Origin: the human T2T-CHM13v2.0 reference genome, Homo sapiens
DNA: 64,000 nucleotides
Assembly (NCBI RefSeq): GCF_009914755.1
Contig: NC_060928.1
Strand: one strand, 5' to 3'
In this document: one piece after another, positions 44,750-56,549 of the stretch
Numbering within the stretch: position 1 is the stretch's first letter
Layout: every line of letters starts with the position of its first letter
Position numbers and translations under genes: made by a program
The notes under the pieces: generated by a model
Told to the model about the DNA's origin: nothing
Seen by the model: the letters and a program-made list of their open reading frames with translations, nothing else
The model's database searches: none

Positions 44750-45760
44750 GAGCCCATAGGCTCCTAGGCTACAAACCTGTACAGCATGTTGCTGTAAAGA
44801 ATACCATAGGCAATTGTGACACAATGGCAAGTATTTGTCTATCTAAACATAGAAAATGTACAGTAAAAATACAGTATAAAAGATCAAAAAGCAGACCCCC
44901 AATCCCTATATAGGTCATGAATAGATTTTGCAGCAGTGGAAGTTGTTCTGGGTGAGTCAGTGAGTGAGTGGTGAGTGAATGGGAAGGTCTAGGACATTAC
45001 TGTATACGACTGTAGACTTTATAAACACTGTACACGGAGGCTACACTAAATTTATTTTAAAAATTGGTATTTCTTCAATCATAAATTAACATTACCATAC
45101 TGTAACTTTTTTTAAAGTTTATTTTTAAATTTTTAAGGGTTTTGACTCTTTTGTAATAACAGCTTAAAACACAAATGTAGAGCTGTAAAAATATTTTCTT
45201 TATATCCTTATACTATAAGCTTTTTTCTATTTTTAAATTTTTTTAACTTTTTAGACTTTTTCTGTTACAAACTAAGTCACAAACACACATAACTAACCAA
45301 GCCCTACACTGGGTCAGGATCACCAATATCACTACCTTCCACTCCAACATCTTGCCCCACTGTAAGGTCTGTCATCGCCTATGATAATGATGTCTTCTAG
45401 AATACCTCCTTTAGGACCTGCTTGAGGCTGTTTTACAGCTAATTTAAAAAAATTAAGTGTAAGGTATATATTAGAAAATAATGATAAAAAGTACAGTGTA
45501 GTAAATAACCAGTAATATAGTCATTTACTATCAAATATTATTCACTGTATATAATTGTATGTATTTACTTTTGTATGACTGGCAGTGCAGTAGGTTTATT
45601 TACCACAAAGCATCACACAAACATGTGAGCAAATGCTTTGCTCTTAACATTACAATGCCACTAGGTGACAGAAAATTTTCAGCTCCATTAAATGATTTGG
45701 GACCACAGTCGTGTATGAAATCCGTAGTTGACTGAAGCGTCATGATGCGGAGTGTGACTG
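44750..45760. mobile_element. Tigger3b/MER7 (TcMar-Tigger) DNA transposon, one end truncated
   Basis: GCTCCTAGGCTACAAACCTGTACAGCATGTT, GGTGAGTCAGTGAGTGAGTGGTGAGTGAATG; terminal GACTG followed by TA. Confidence 0.85.
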
Positions 45761-47406
45761 TACCTAGATGTGAGAGGTGAGAGAAGCAAAGCAATTCTGG
45801 AATGCATTCCTTACCTAGTTTTGAACAGCATAAATTTGTAAAAGAATGTGGAGGCAGGCATTTTATTGTCAAAAATTTTTTGAAAGAAACACTAGTTTTT
45901 GTAAGGTTAAATAGTTAATATTTTTCCTGAAGGACCTCTCAGAGTCTTTAATATGACAACATGCATTATAATTTTCTAAGAGAGAGGAATAACTTGCGGC
46001 AATTACTAAGCCTAGTGTAACATAAACGTTTATTTTAGATTTATTGACACAATTTGGAAACAAAGTTCAGTAAATGTTACTTTGGAGTTTTAAGCCTAAG
46101 TGCCTGGGAGAGTAAAGTGTACAGTGGAAGCTCTTTTATTGATTCAACTAGGATGTATATTTAGTTTTCTAATCAAAATATTTGGTTGGTTAATTATTTA
46201 AAATTTTAGTCACAAAACAAAAATGTGCATCTTTTCACCAATTTCATGAGGAAGAACAAAGCTTTTCTACTAAGAAGAGTTCCCAGATGCAGTTCCTTGT
46301 CCTCTTTCATGCTTATGCCTCCCTCATACAGCATCATCTACAATATTAAATTTCAGTTTCTTTAAAGTAGAATGAAACACTGTTAATTCTCAGAGGAGTC
46401 CAGGAGATAACTCACGGTTGGATGGGGAAATTGATGGTTTTCAGTTTGGATATACTGAATTTTAGGATTTTTAGAATTGCACGTAGAGATTTTTAGCTGG
46501 TATTTGGAAATGCGTAAATTGCCTTTCCCTATGAGAATTAATGGCAATTATAATACTTAGTTTAACTGTATGTATGTGTGTGTATAAGAGTGCCTGTTTT
46601 TTCTTTATCTCCCTACAGAAGTATGTTAATAAAGTTAGTCACCAAATCTAATAAAATTACATGGTTTAATTTATTGTAACCACTATCGTCACAATAAACA
46701 TTACTTTCTTCAGATATAAAGTTTAGATTTAGATAAAAAAATTACACAGATGCGTTGGTTCTTGTCTCCAAGAATCACAGGGAAACCCGAACAAGTACTG
46801 CACTAATGCCAACACATACTTCTTGTTGAAAACCACAGTTATGAGGAGTTAGACATGTAGATGTGTCCATAATATTCACAGATTTTAAAATTTTGGCAGT
46901 GAGCAGTGGCTCAAACCTAAAATCCCAGCACTTTGGGAGGCTGAAGCAGGAGAATCACTTGAGGTTAGGAGTTCAAGGCCAGCCTGGGCAACAAAGCAGA
47001 CCCCATCTCTACTAAAAATAAAATAAAATAAAATAAGCCAGGCATTGAGAGGTGATAACGTGCTGGCGGCCGTCGCTCGCTCTGGGCGCCTCCTTGGCCT
47101 CCGCGTCCGCTCTGGCTGCGCTTGAGGAGCCCTTCAGCCCGTCACTGCGCTGTGGGGGCCCCTCTCTGGGGCCGGCCGAGGCTGGAGCCAGCTCCCTCTG
47201 TTCGCGGAGAGGTGTGGAGGGAGAGACGCGGGCAGGAGCTGGGGCTGCGCCCAGCACTCGTGGGCCGGCATGGGTTCTGGGTGGGCGGAGGCTTCTTGGC
47301 CCCGCACAGCCGGCGGGGGCCTGCGGGGCTTGATGGGGGGGGCGACGAGCTCCCTCTGGGCTGCCGGAGTGCCTGGGCTAGGTGCCACAAAGTCCCGCGG
47401 CAAGTG

Positions 47407-47494
47407 CTGGTGAGAGGTGAAGCCGGCGGGGCTTCTGGTGAGAGGTGAAGCCGGCGGGGCTTCTGGTGAGAGGTGAAGCCGGCTGGGCTTCTGG
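47407..47494 (+). repeat. 28 bp tandem repeat x3 inside LTR12
   Basis: CTGGTGAGAGGTGAAGCCGGC(G/T)GGGCTT repeated three times. Confidence 0.95.
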
Positions 47495-47584
47495 GAGGGG
47501 TGGGGACTTGGAGAACTTTTCTGTCTAGCTAAAGGATTGTAAACTGCAGTAATCAGCACTCTGTGTCTAGCTAAAGGTTTGTAA

Positions 47585-47700
47585 ACGCACCAATCAGCAC
47601 TCTGTTAAAACGGACCAATCAACTCTCTGTAAAATGGACCAATCAGCAGGATGTGGGTGGGACCAGATAAGGGAATAAAAGCAGTCCACCTAGCCAGGAG
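47585..47700 (+). promoter_or_regulatory. LTR12 U3 core promoter (three CCAAT/NF-Y boxes, GATA site, AATAAAA TATA-like box)
   Basis: CCAATC at ~47590, ~47615 and ~47639; AGATAA 47665-47670; AATAAAA 47674-47680, in the known ERV9 promoter order. Confidence 0.7.
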
Positions 47701-49169
47701 TGGCAACCCGCTGGGGTCCCCTTCCATGCTGTATTCTTTTGCTCTTCCCAATAAATTTTGCTGCTGCTCACTCTTTGGGTCTGTGCTGCTGTAACACTCA
47801 CTGCGAAGGTTTGCAGCTTCACTCCTGAAGCCACCGAGACCACAAACCCACCGGGAGGGACGGGAGGAACGGACAACTCTGGCCGCGCCACCTTTATGAA
47901 CTGTAACACTCACTGCGAAGGTCTGCGGTTTCACTCTTGAGGCCAGTGAGACCACGAGCCCACCAGAAGGAACGAACAATTCCAGACACGCAGCCTTTAA
48001 GAGCTGTAACACTCACCGCAAAGGTCTGCAGTTTCACTCCTGAAGTCAGCGAGACCACGAACCCACCAGAAGGAAGAAACTCCGGACACATCTGAACATC
48101 TGAAGGAACAAACTCCGGACACACCATCTTTAAGAACTGTAACACTCACCGCGAGGGTCGGCGGCTTCAGTCTTGAAGTCAGCGGGACCAAGAACCCGCC
48201 AATCCCGGACGCGCTTACACCACTGCATTCCAGCCTGGGCAACAGAGAGACAACTTCTCTCTAAAAAAATAAATAATAGGAAAAAAAAAGAACATTGTAT
48301 TCATTAACACACTTCCCTTGGATTATTTTTTAAAATATAATTAAGGTAGGCCACAGCCAGACATAATAAGAATTACAACATGGAAGTAAGTGGCATAGCA
48401 TGAAATTCCTAATAACAGGGGAGACCCCTAAGTGTGGAGGTGGTTTTGCCCCAGACTAATGTAAGGAAAGAGCTCTGAGCTCTTCTAATAATGCAACGCC
48501 CTGCTCCCTGTGTACCCCACAAACCACCCTGTACATGCCTCTTATGAAGAGAAGGATATGCTGGGGTGCTGTGTCCCATTCATGACCTTGATCTTGGGTA
48601 CATTCGTGTGCTGCTTATTGGCTGATTTAATAACAAAGCTAAGTGAAAGTAATCCTTGTCAGTCTTTTAGCCACAGTTAGACTTTGTGACCTAGTCTAGC
48701 TCAGTAGCTTAGGACTTGGAGCATTTTATCTATTTGCACATTAAGTATTTTGGGTAAGCTCACCAATTATCCTTGAAGTTTTTTCTTCCTAAAAAGATAG
48801 ATGGAATTCCTTAATAACTTGTTTGCTGTTTTACACATGGTACATTGTTAAAAAGCACATTTAAATATGAGCATTTTTATAGTGGTTACAACAATTAAGT
48901 TCGTAGTGGTGAGTAAAGATAACTGAATGGGATCTTTAGGAAATTTTTAATTAGGTTGCAGCAAACAAGTTATTAAGGAATTAAGAATTTTAACCTAATA
49001 CAACAAGAAAGCCTAACACAATATTCCATTTGCCAAAATGGTGTATTCACCAAGCATAAAGCATTTTTGTAGTTAGTAGAATCCTTGGTCTAGAGAATTC
49101 TTTGACCTAGCATTTGGGAATTTTATGATACATAAGGACAGAACTACTTTTCTTTTATAGCAAGATAGT

Positions 49170-49360
49170 ATAACATAGGGATTTGTGACATAGGTTCTAA
49201 AGCTAGACTGCTGGTTCAATCTTGGCTTTTGGGCTCACTCACTATGTGCACTTGGGCAAATCACTGAAACCTCAGTACAGACCTGGGGTGTCTCATCTGT
49301 AAAATGATGAGGATAATAATATTTACCCTATGGGACTACTATGAAGCTTAAATGAGTAGA
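49170..49360 (+). mobile_element. MIR SINE
   Basis: CTTGGGCAAATCACT...CTCATCTGTAAAATG...ATAATA. Confidence 0.7.
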
Positions 49361-50402
49361 TAAACTTTCAGACCAAGTTATGAGTAAAAAAAAAATAACT
49401 TTAATATGTAAAACATACGAAATTCTCCCAGAAGCAGAAACAAAGGCAATTAAATCCTTTTCTGCTCATTAGAAGTAGTTTATAAGCAGGAGAAAACAGA
49501 ACCAGGAAAGCAGAAATTCAAGACAGTGTAATCCCACCTGGGGGGGAAGTATGGCCAGGCAATGACACCCTAGCTGTCAGTTAACAAGGCCTCATACCGA
49601 TGGACAACGCTGTGAATCAGTGAGACAGAAGCAATCAGGCAAGTTATCAAGGAAGATTAGACATTTAGATAAGTAATAGATTCAAAATCAGATGAAAATT
49701 ACGATGCTTTTGGTGAAAAAATAATTGTAAGATTCATGGGACCCCAAGAGTCAGGTCAGAGTAACCAGGAGAAAAAGTGAAAGAAAAAAGTTCATAAGGT
49801 AAATTACTGTCATTCAAGATGCAGTGTGAAACTTATTTCTCAGGGAGATTTTTTTCCTAACCACCAATCTAAAGCAGTAAGATATCATGACAGGTCAGAT
49901 TATCAAATTAGACACCTAAATCAGAGATCTCACCCAGTATCAAGTTAAAAAAATTCCAAAGATGAAAATAATCAAGAAGGATCAGGAAGCAGCAAGCTAA
50001 GAGAGGATCTTAAAACAATTCCCCAGGCCCTTTCTTTCTGCATTGTACACACTCTGGTCCAGGATAACAGGTGAGTTTTTTAAGTGAGGGATGTGGTCAT
50101 CTAAGTTGCAACTGTATTTTATTGTATACTAATACAAAGTTAGTACTTATTTGACATTTTTCAGGGAGCTATGCACCTTAAATCCAGTAATATCAAGTTT
50201 GCTTATCTCAAGCACTCCTCGCTCAGGGACATCCTGCTGAAAGTATTCTATAGAAGACTCTCTAGCTAGAAAATACTACTAGTTTATTTATCTGGTGGTC
50301 TATCATTAGCATATGTCCAAGATTAGACTGATCCCCTGTGCCTTCTTTCTTTCCTGCAATGATTCTGCTGCCTAACTCCTTCCTTTCCAAGAAGTTACCA
50401 TG

Positions 50403-50765
50403 TGATATAGTTTGGCTCTGTGTCCCCACCCAAATCTCATCTCAAATTGTAATCCCCGTGTGTCAAGGGAGGGAGCTGGTGGGAAATGTTTGAATCATGC
50501 ACAAGGTTTCTCCCATGCTGTTCTCATAATAGTAAATTCTCACGAGATCTGATGGTTTTATAAAGGGCTCTTTCCCCTTCGCTGTCTTTTGTTCTCTCCT
50601 GCTGCCATGTAAAGGTCCTTGCTTCCCCTTTGCCTTCCACCATGATTGTAAGTTTGCTAGGGTTTCCCCAGCCATATGGAACTGTGAGTCAATTAAACCT
50701 CTTCCCTTTATAAATTACCCAGTCTCAGGTAGTTCTTTATAGCAATGTGAAAATGGACGAATACA
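50403..50765 (+). mobile_element. MaLR solo LTR (THE1D-like)
   Basis: TGATATAGTTTGGCTCTGTGTCCCCACCCAAATCTCATCTC start, ..AATACA end; perfect TSD CCATG (50398-50402 / 50766-50770). Confidence 0.9.
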
Positions 50766-50947
50766 CCATGTTTTAGTTTTCTACTTGGCCCACTGCATTT
50801 GTGCATTTGTTCATTTTCTATCCCTACTCCCTGCCTACCATCATCACTAAAAGGTAAGTTCTATATAAGTATTGCTGTTTTCTCAGCCCATAACAAAAAA
50901 TAGGGGCTCAATAATTACTTATCATCTTCATAGAACAGTGGTTAGTT

Positions 50948-51218
50948 ATTTTTGGGGGGGGGGTGGGGGACAGAGTCTCGCTCTGTAGCCCAGGCTGGGG
51001 TGCAGTGGCGCAATCTCGGCTCACTGCAAGCTCTGCCTCTCGGGTTCATGCCATTCTCCTGCCTACCCACCACCATGCCTGGCTAATTTTTTGTATTTTT
51101 AGTAGAGACGGCGTTTCACCATGTTAGCCAGGATGGTCTCGATCTCCTGACCTCGTGATCCACCTGCCTCGGCCTCCCAAAGTGCTGGGATTACAGGTGT
51201 GAGCCACCGTGCCCAGCA
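50948..51218 (-). mobile_element. AluY-like with internal ~30 bp deletion and G-tract tail
   Basis: Alu body; TSD AACAGTGGTTAGTT at 50934-50947 and 51219-51232. Confidence 0.92.
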
Positions 51219-54200
51219 AACAGTGGTTAGTTTTTAAGGATGAATTGAATTTTGGCATGTTAAGAAGGTGAAGATGGCATTCTAAGTCACAATAAACTGT
51301 GTACAAAAGATTAAAAGAATAAAAGCATTTGAGTGGACACAATCTGCTGGAATAGCTAAAATTTTACTTTCTCTTAATCATGGTCTTTTGAGATTTGAAG
51401 ACTCATCCCAAATAGCTATGAGTACCAAGTTTGTTCTTCTGTACCACAATAACTATCCTTTAAAATGTTGATGTTAAACTGAACTTTTGACTATACAATC
51501 TTAAGTCCATTTAAGATATTTAACACATTCTTAATTACAACAGTTTTAAAAGTTTAATGGAGCTATATATTATGTATATAGAGACTTTCTACATAGATGA
51601 TTATGTCATATGTTTATGTAACACACTATTATTTAACAGATGAAAGACCAAATGCCAATTACTGTATGGAAGGTGAAGTTGAATGGATATTGCCTCCCAG
51701 ATACAATATTAAAGCTAGGGTAATTTTGAAATAAAAAATGTTTACTCCATCCAAATTATCTCTAAATTAAAATATACAACACCATCTTGAAAGGCAATAG
51801 AGAATAGAATTTAAGAGCACAGATTCTGGTGATCCTTTTGGCAGTAGATACACTACAAGAGAGTGCAGGTTCTAGAATCAGACTGATTTAATTCAATCTC
51901 CACTTCACCATTTGCCTTTTAAAGTTGAATTAGTTCGCTCAACTCTCTATGCCCATTCAACATTCATTCAGGATGAAAAATTCTTCACAAACTAGAAATA
52001 GAAATACACTCTACATAATTAAGGGTATCTATAAAAGATCTACAACTAATGATGAAAGACTACTTTCCCCCTAAGTTTGGAAATAAGACAAAAATATCCA
52101 TTCCCAAAACATATTCACCGTTATACTCAGGGCTCTAGACAATGTAGTAAGGCTATGAAAAGGAGTAAAAGGCATGTAGATTGGAAAAGAAAACATACAA
52201 GTGCTTTTATTCACAGATTACATAATCACTTATGCAGAAAATCTCTAAGAAATTACTGCATATCTATACACATATACACAAATTGTATTTCTGTATAATA
52301 GCAACAAAAATTGGAAAATAAAGTTAAAAATACCATTTGAAAAAGCATCAGATAAAAACTTGAAATACTTAAGGATAAATTTAAAAAATATGTTCAAGAA
52401 CTATACACTGAAAACTATAAAACATTGCTGAGAAATAGAGATATATTGTTTTCATGGATCAGAAGACACAACATTCTTAAGAAGTCAAGTCTCCGCAGTT
52501 TATCTGTAGATTCAGTGAAATCTCAATCAAGATCCAAGGAGGCTATTTTTTTGTGTGGATATTAACAAAGTGCCTTGACAATTTACATAGAAGTGTAATG
52601 AATAGGAAAACCAAAACTGCTTTGAAAAAAAATGTTGAAGGCTCATCTACTTGATATAAAAACTTACTGTAAAAGTAATCAAGATAGTGTGGTATGGACA
52701 TAAGGATAGATATATAGACCAATGAAACAAAATATTGTCCATAAACAGATTTACATGTATGTGTTCAACTGATTTCCAACAAAAATGCCAAAGTAATTCA
52801 ATGGGAAAAGGATAGTCTTTTTAATCAAATGATCATTATATCTAAAATATATAATGATATTGTCATATTTCCTAATAAGAAAATAGAATTTTGACCTAAT
52901 TGAAAAATGGAAAAATGTTCAAACAGACTCTTTATCAAGTGTATAGATGGCAAATAAGCATGTGAAAAGAGGCTCAGCATTATTACAAAGTAGGAAGAAA
53001 AACAATTAAAAGTCACAATAAGATTCAATTACATATTCACTAGAATGGTTAAAATTAAAAAAAGACTGAGAAGGAACTTTTGAACCAAACACAGTGGTGT
53101 AGACTCATTTCTCCAGCCTCCTCTCCACTAAGAATGACTGTAAACTATTTACATCGGGTAAGATGCAGCCAAAGTAGAACTTTGAGATATGGTAAGAGGA
53201 AGGCAAACTAGTTTAGCAGCCTATGACTACAGAAACAACACAGAAGCAGGATGTCTTATGACCCCCACCCAACTGATAGAGGTGACCCATGTCTCGCTTT
53301 TACCAACCCCAAACTAGTAAGAGACAGCAGGTGGGCACCACTAGCAAGGGAGATTCATCCCCAGCTCCACTAACAAGAAGCAATCTGAAGAAGAGCTCTC
53401 CAAAAACAAAGCAAAGCAAGCAGAAGGAAGAAAATAATGAAAATAATAAATAGTGAAGATAAAAACAGAAATCAATAAAGTTGAAAGTAACAAATGAGGA
53501 AGTCAATAAAATAATGCTGTATCAGATATTCTGAAGAGTACTATTATAATCATTAAAAATTTGAATTCACGATTAAAAATCTCCTAAAGAAAATATTGTC
53601 AAGCCCAGATGGTTTAGCTGAAGAATGCTACCAATCATTCAAAGAAGAATTAACATCAATTTTATATGATCTCCTGAAGAAAATAGGAGAGGAGGGAACA
53701 CAGCTCAACTCATTTCATAAGGATGTTAGTATCTTGATACCAAAACCAAAGATAGTACAAACAAAGAAAACTACATAACAATATATCTCATGAACTTAGA
53801 TGAAATTCCTCAACAAAAGATTAGCAAACCAAGTCTAACAATGTATTAAAAAATGTACATCATGACAAAGTGGGATTCATTCTAGATATACAAAGCACTG
53901 GAAAAAACCCAACACCCATTCATAAAAAAACTCTTCAGTAAATTAGAAGGAGAGGGATATTACCTCAACCTGATGAAGAACATCTACGGAAAACCTACAG
54001 TCAACATCATACTTAATGGTGAAAGACAAAATATTTTTCCCTTAAAATTGGGCATTTTTAGACAAGAATATCCATCCCCATTGCTCTTATTTAATGTGGC
54101 ACTGCAACAATTAGCCACTGCAGTGAGGTAAGAAAAAAAGATGAAAGGCATACAGAGAGAAAAGGAATAAATAATATGACTCCTATTTTCAGATGGAATG

Positions 54201-55086
54201 ATTGTCTACACAGAAAATCCCCAAAAATCTAGCAAAAAATAAAATGGAAACATTTAATGTTTAAAATTACAACAAAAATACTAAAAATGACTATGTGAAA
54301 ATTTAATTAAAACAAATTTAAAATTGCTACAACAAAAGTTAAATATTTAGGTATACATATAACATTACAGGATCCATATATAAAAAATTATAAAATGGTA
54401 ATAAAAGGAATCAAAGACCTATGGAGATACATATTATATTCCTGGGTTGAGAACACCAACAAAATCTTTACTATGTTAGTTCTCTTTAAGTTGATCTACA
54501 TGTTTATGCAATTTCTATCGGAATCTCAAAAAAGTTTTGAATAAACTTAGAAAAGCCTATTTTAAAGGCACATGACCTAGAATAGCTGAAACAATCTTGG
54601 AAACAAAATGGAAAGGTTCACCCCTGATCCACATTAAAGCTTACTGCATAGCTACTCTATCAAGACAGGGTGGTACTGATAGAGGGATAGACACACAGAT
54701 CAATGAAACAAAATAGAGAACTCAGAAATAGACCCACAAAAATACGCTCAACTGATTTTTGACAAAGGTGCAAAAACAAATTAGTGAAGGATTGACTTTT
54801 CACCAAATGGTGCTAGAGCAATTGAACACCCATCATATTTCACATTTTAGCAAAAATATGAACGCAACCTGAACCTCATACCTTATACAAAAAGTAATTC
54901 AAAATGGATCATGGACTTAAATGTAATGTGTAAAAACTGTAAAACATTTGGAAAAAAAAGGGTAAAAATCTTTGGGGTCCTGGACTAGGCAAAGAGTTCT
55001 TATATATGACACAAAAAACATAAGCCATTATAGAAAAAATGATAAATTGAACCACATATTTTTGCTCTGTGAAAGACTAGGTGAAG

Positions 55087-55140
55087 AAAATAAAAAGACA
55101 AGAGACAAAATAAAAAGACGAGAGACAAAATAAAAAGACA
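55087..55140 (+). repeat. 20 bp tandem repeat x~2.7
   Basis: AAAATAAAAAGAC(A/G)AGAGAC units. Confidence 0.85.
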
Positions 55141-55519
55141 AAACAGAAAATATTTGCAAACTATGTATTTGAAGAACTAGTATCTATAATATATAAAGAA
55201 CTTTCAAAACTTAACAGTATAAACAAACCAACAAAACAACCCAATTGCAAAGTGAAAAAGATACAAACATTTCACTGAGGAGCATACATAGATGGCAAAT
55301 AGACTCATGAAGAAGTGTTCAACACCATTAATCATTAGGAAAATATAAATTAAAACTATAACAAGATATCACTGTACACTTATGAGAATGGCAGAAATAG
55401 AATATTATGACAGCACTAAATGCTGGCAAGGATATGAAGAAATTGGAGCACTTATAGATTGCCAGTGAAAATATAAAGTGGTACAGCCACTCGTGAAAAG
55501 TTCATTTCTTATTTTCTTT

Positions 55520-55925
55520 TCTTTCTCCCTTCCCTTCCCTTCCCTTCCCTTCCCTTCCCTTCCCTTCCCTTCCCTTCCCTTCCCTTCCCTTTCTCCCTCC
55601 CCTCCCCTTCCCTTCCTTTCCTTTCCTTCTCTTTCTTTATTTTTTTTTTTGAGACAGAGTCTTCTTCTGTCGCCCAAGCTGGAGTGCAATGGTGCAATCT
55701 CGGCTTGCTGCAACCTCTGCCTCCCGGGTTCAAGTAATTGTCCTGCCTCAGCCTCCTGAGTAGCTGGGATTACAGGCATGTGCCACCAAGCCTGGCTAAT
55801 TTTTGTATTTATATTTTTGCCATGTTGGCCAGCGCAGGAGGTGTCAAACTCTTGACCTCAAGTGATCCACCCGCCTTGGCCTCCCAAAGTGCTGGGATTA
55901 CAGGCGTGAGCCACCGTGCCCAGCC
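55520..55925 (-). mobile_element. Alu (AluS/J) with (TTCCC)n-expanded tail
   Basis: Alu body 55630-55925; (TTCCC)n 55527-55615; TSD CATTTCTT(A/G)TTTTCT. Confidence 0.9.
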
Positions 55926-55980
55926 ACATTTCTTGTTTTCTTAAATAGTCAGTATCCTGTTCCATTAAAGTAGCTCAATA

Positions 55981-56110
55981 GGCCAGGTGTAGTGGCTCAT
56001 GTCTGTAATCCTAGCACTTTGGGAGGCCAAGGAAGATCACTTGAGTGCAAGAGTTCAAGAGCAGCCCAGGCAACATAGCGAGCCCTATCTCTCTTAAAAA
56101 AAAAAAGTTC
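55981..56110 (+). mobile_element. FLAM/AluJ left monomer
   Basis: GGCCAGGTGTAGTGGCTCATG.CTGTAATCC.AGCACTTTGGGAGG...A tail. Confidence 0.85.
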
Positions 56111-56318
56111 AAAAAAGGAAAAACAGTAAAAGCACAATTGAAAAGTTCATTTCTTATAAAACTAAACATGCAATTATCATGTGACCCAATATTTACACTC
56201 TTGAACGTTTGTCCCAGAAAAGTAACTTACATTCACATAAAAACCTACATGCAAATGTTGATAGCAGCTTTATTCATAATAGCTCAAAACTGGAAACAGA
56301 TCACATGTCCATCAATGG

Positions 56319-56549
56319 TGACAACCATTGGTTTCATTTAATAGATTTATCTTTTAAGAGATGTCATATAAGTGAAATGATATAATAAATAGGCGATTGT
56401 TCCTGGCTTATTTTACTTAGTGTAATGCTTTTGGGATGCATCCATGTTGTAGCATGTATGAGTAGCATGGCTTTTTAATCCTGAGTAGTATTCTGCATTC
56501 CCCTGTAAGCTTATACCACAATTTGTTCATCCATTCACAAGTTCATAGC
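56319..56549 (-). repeat. Inverted copy of 57402-57635
   Basis: Manual alignment: 16 mismatches plus one 3 bp indel over ~231 bp. Confidence 0.93.

Larger units (their letters stand above)
47046..48213 (+). mobile_element. ERV9 solo LTR (LTR12 family), CpG-rich
   Basis: TGAGAGGTGA.AACGTGCTGGC start, CCAATCAGC repeats, U5 repeats TGTAACACTCAC.GCGA.GG x4, AAGAACCC.CCAAT.CCGGAC end. Confidence 0.95.
46895..48290 (+). mobile_element. AluJ-like element split by LTR12 (46895-47045 and 48214-48290)
   Basis: Left arm and linker before the LTR; CACCACTGCATTCCAGCCTGGGCAACAGAG plus A tail after it. Confidence 0.85.

Noticed and set aside
47790-48200. Four spaced repeats TGTAACACTCAC.GCGA.GG resembling a CRISPR array
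   Set aside because: The spacers are homologous to each other; these are the normal ERV9 U5 tandem repeats in a eukaryotic genome.
47012-48242. Overlapping GC-rich ORFs
   Set aside because: Explained by the stop-poor GC-rich LTR12 and its U5 repeats.
55405-55779. ORFs with EGKGR / PFPSL repeats
   Set aside because: Translations of the (TTCCC)n microsatellite plus Alu.
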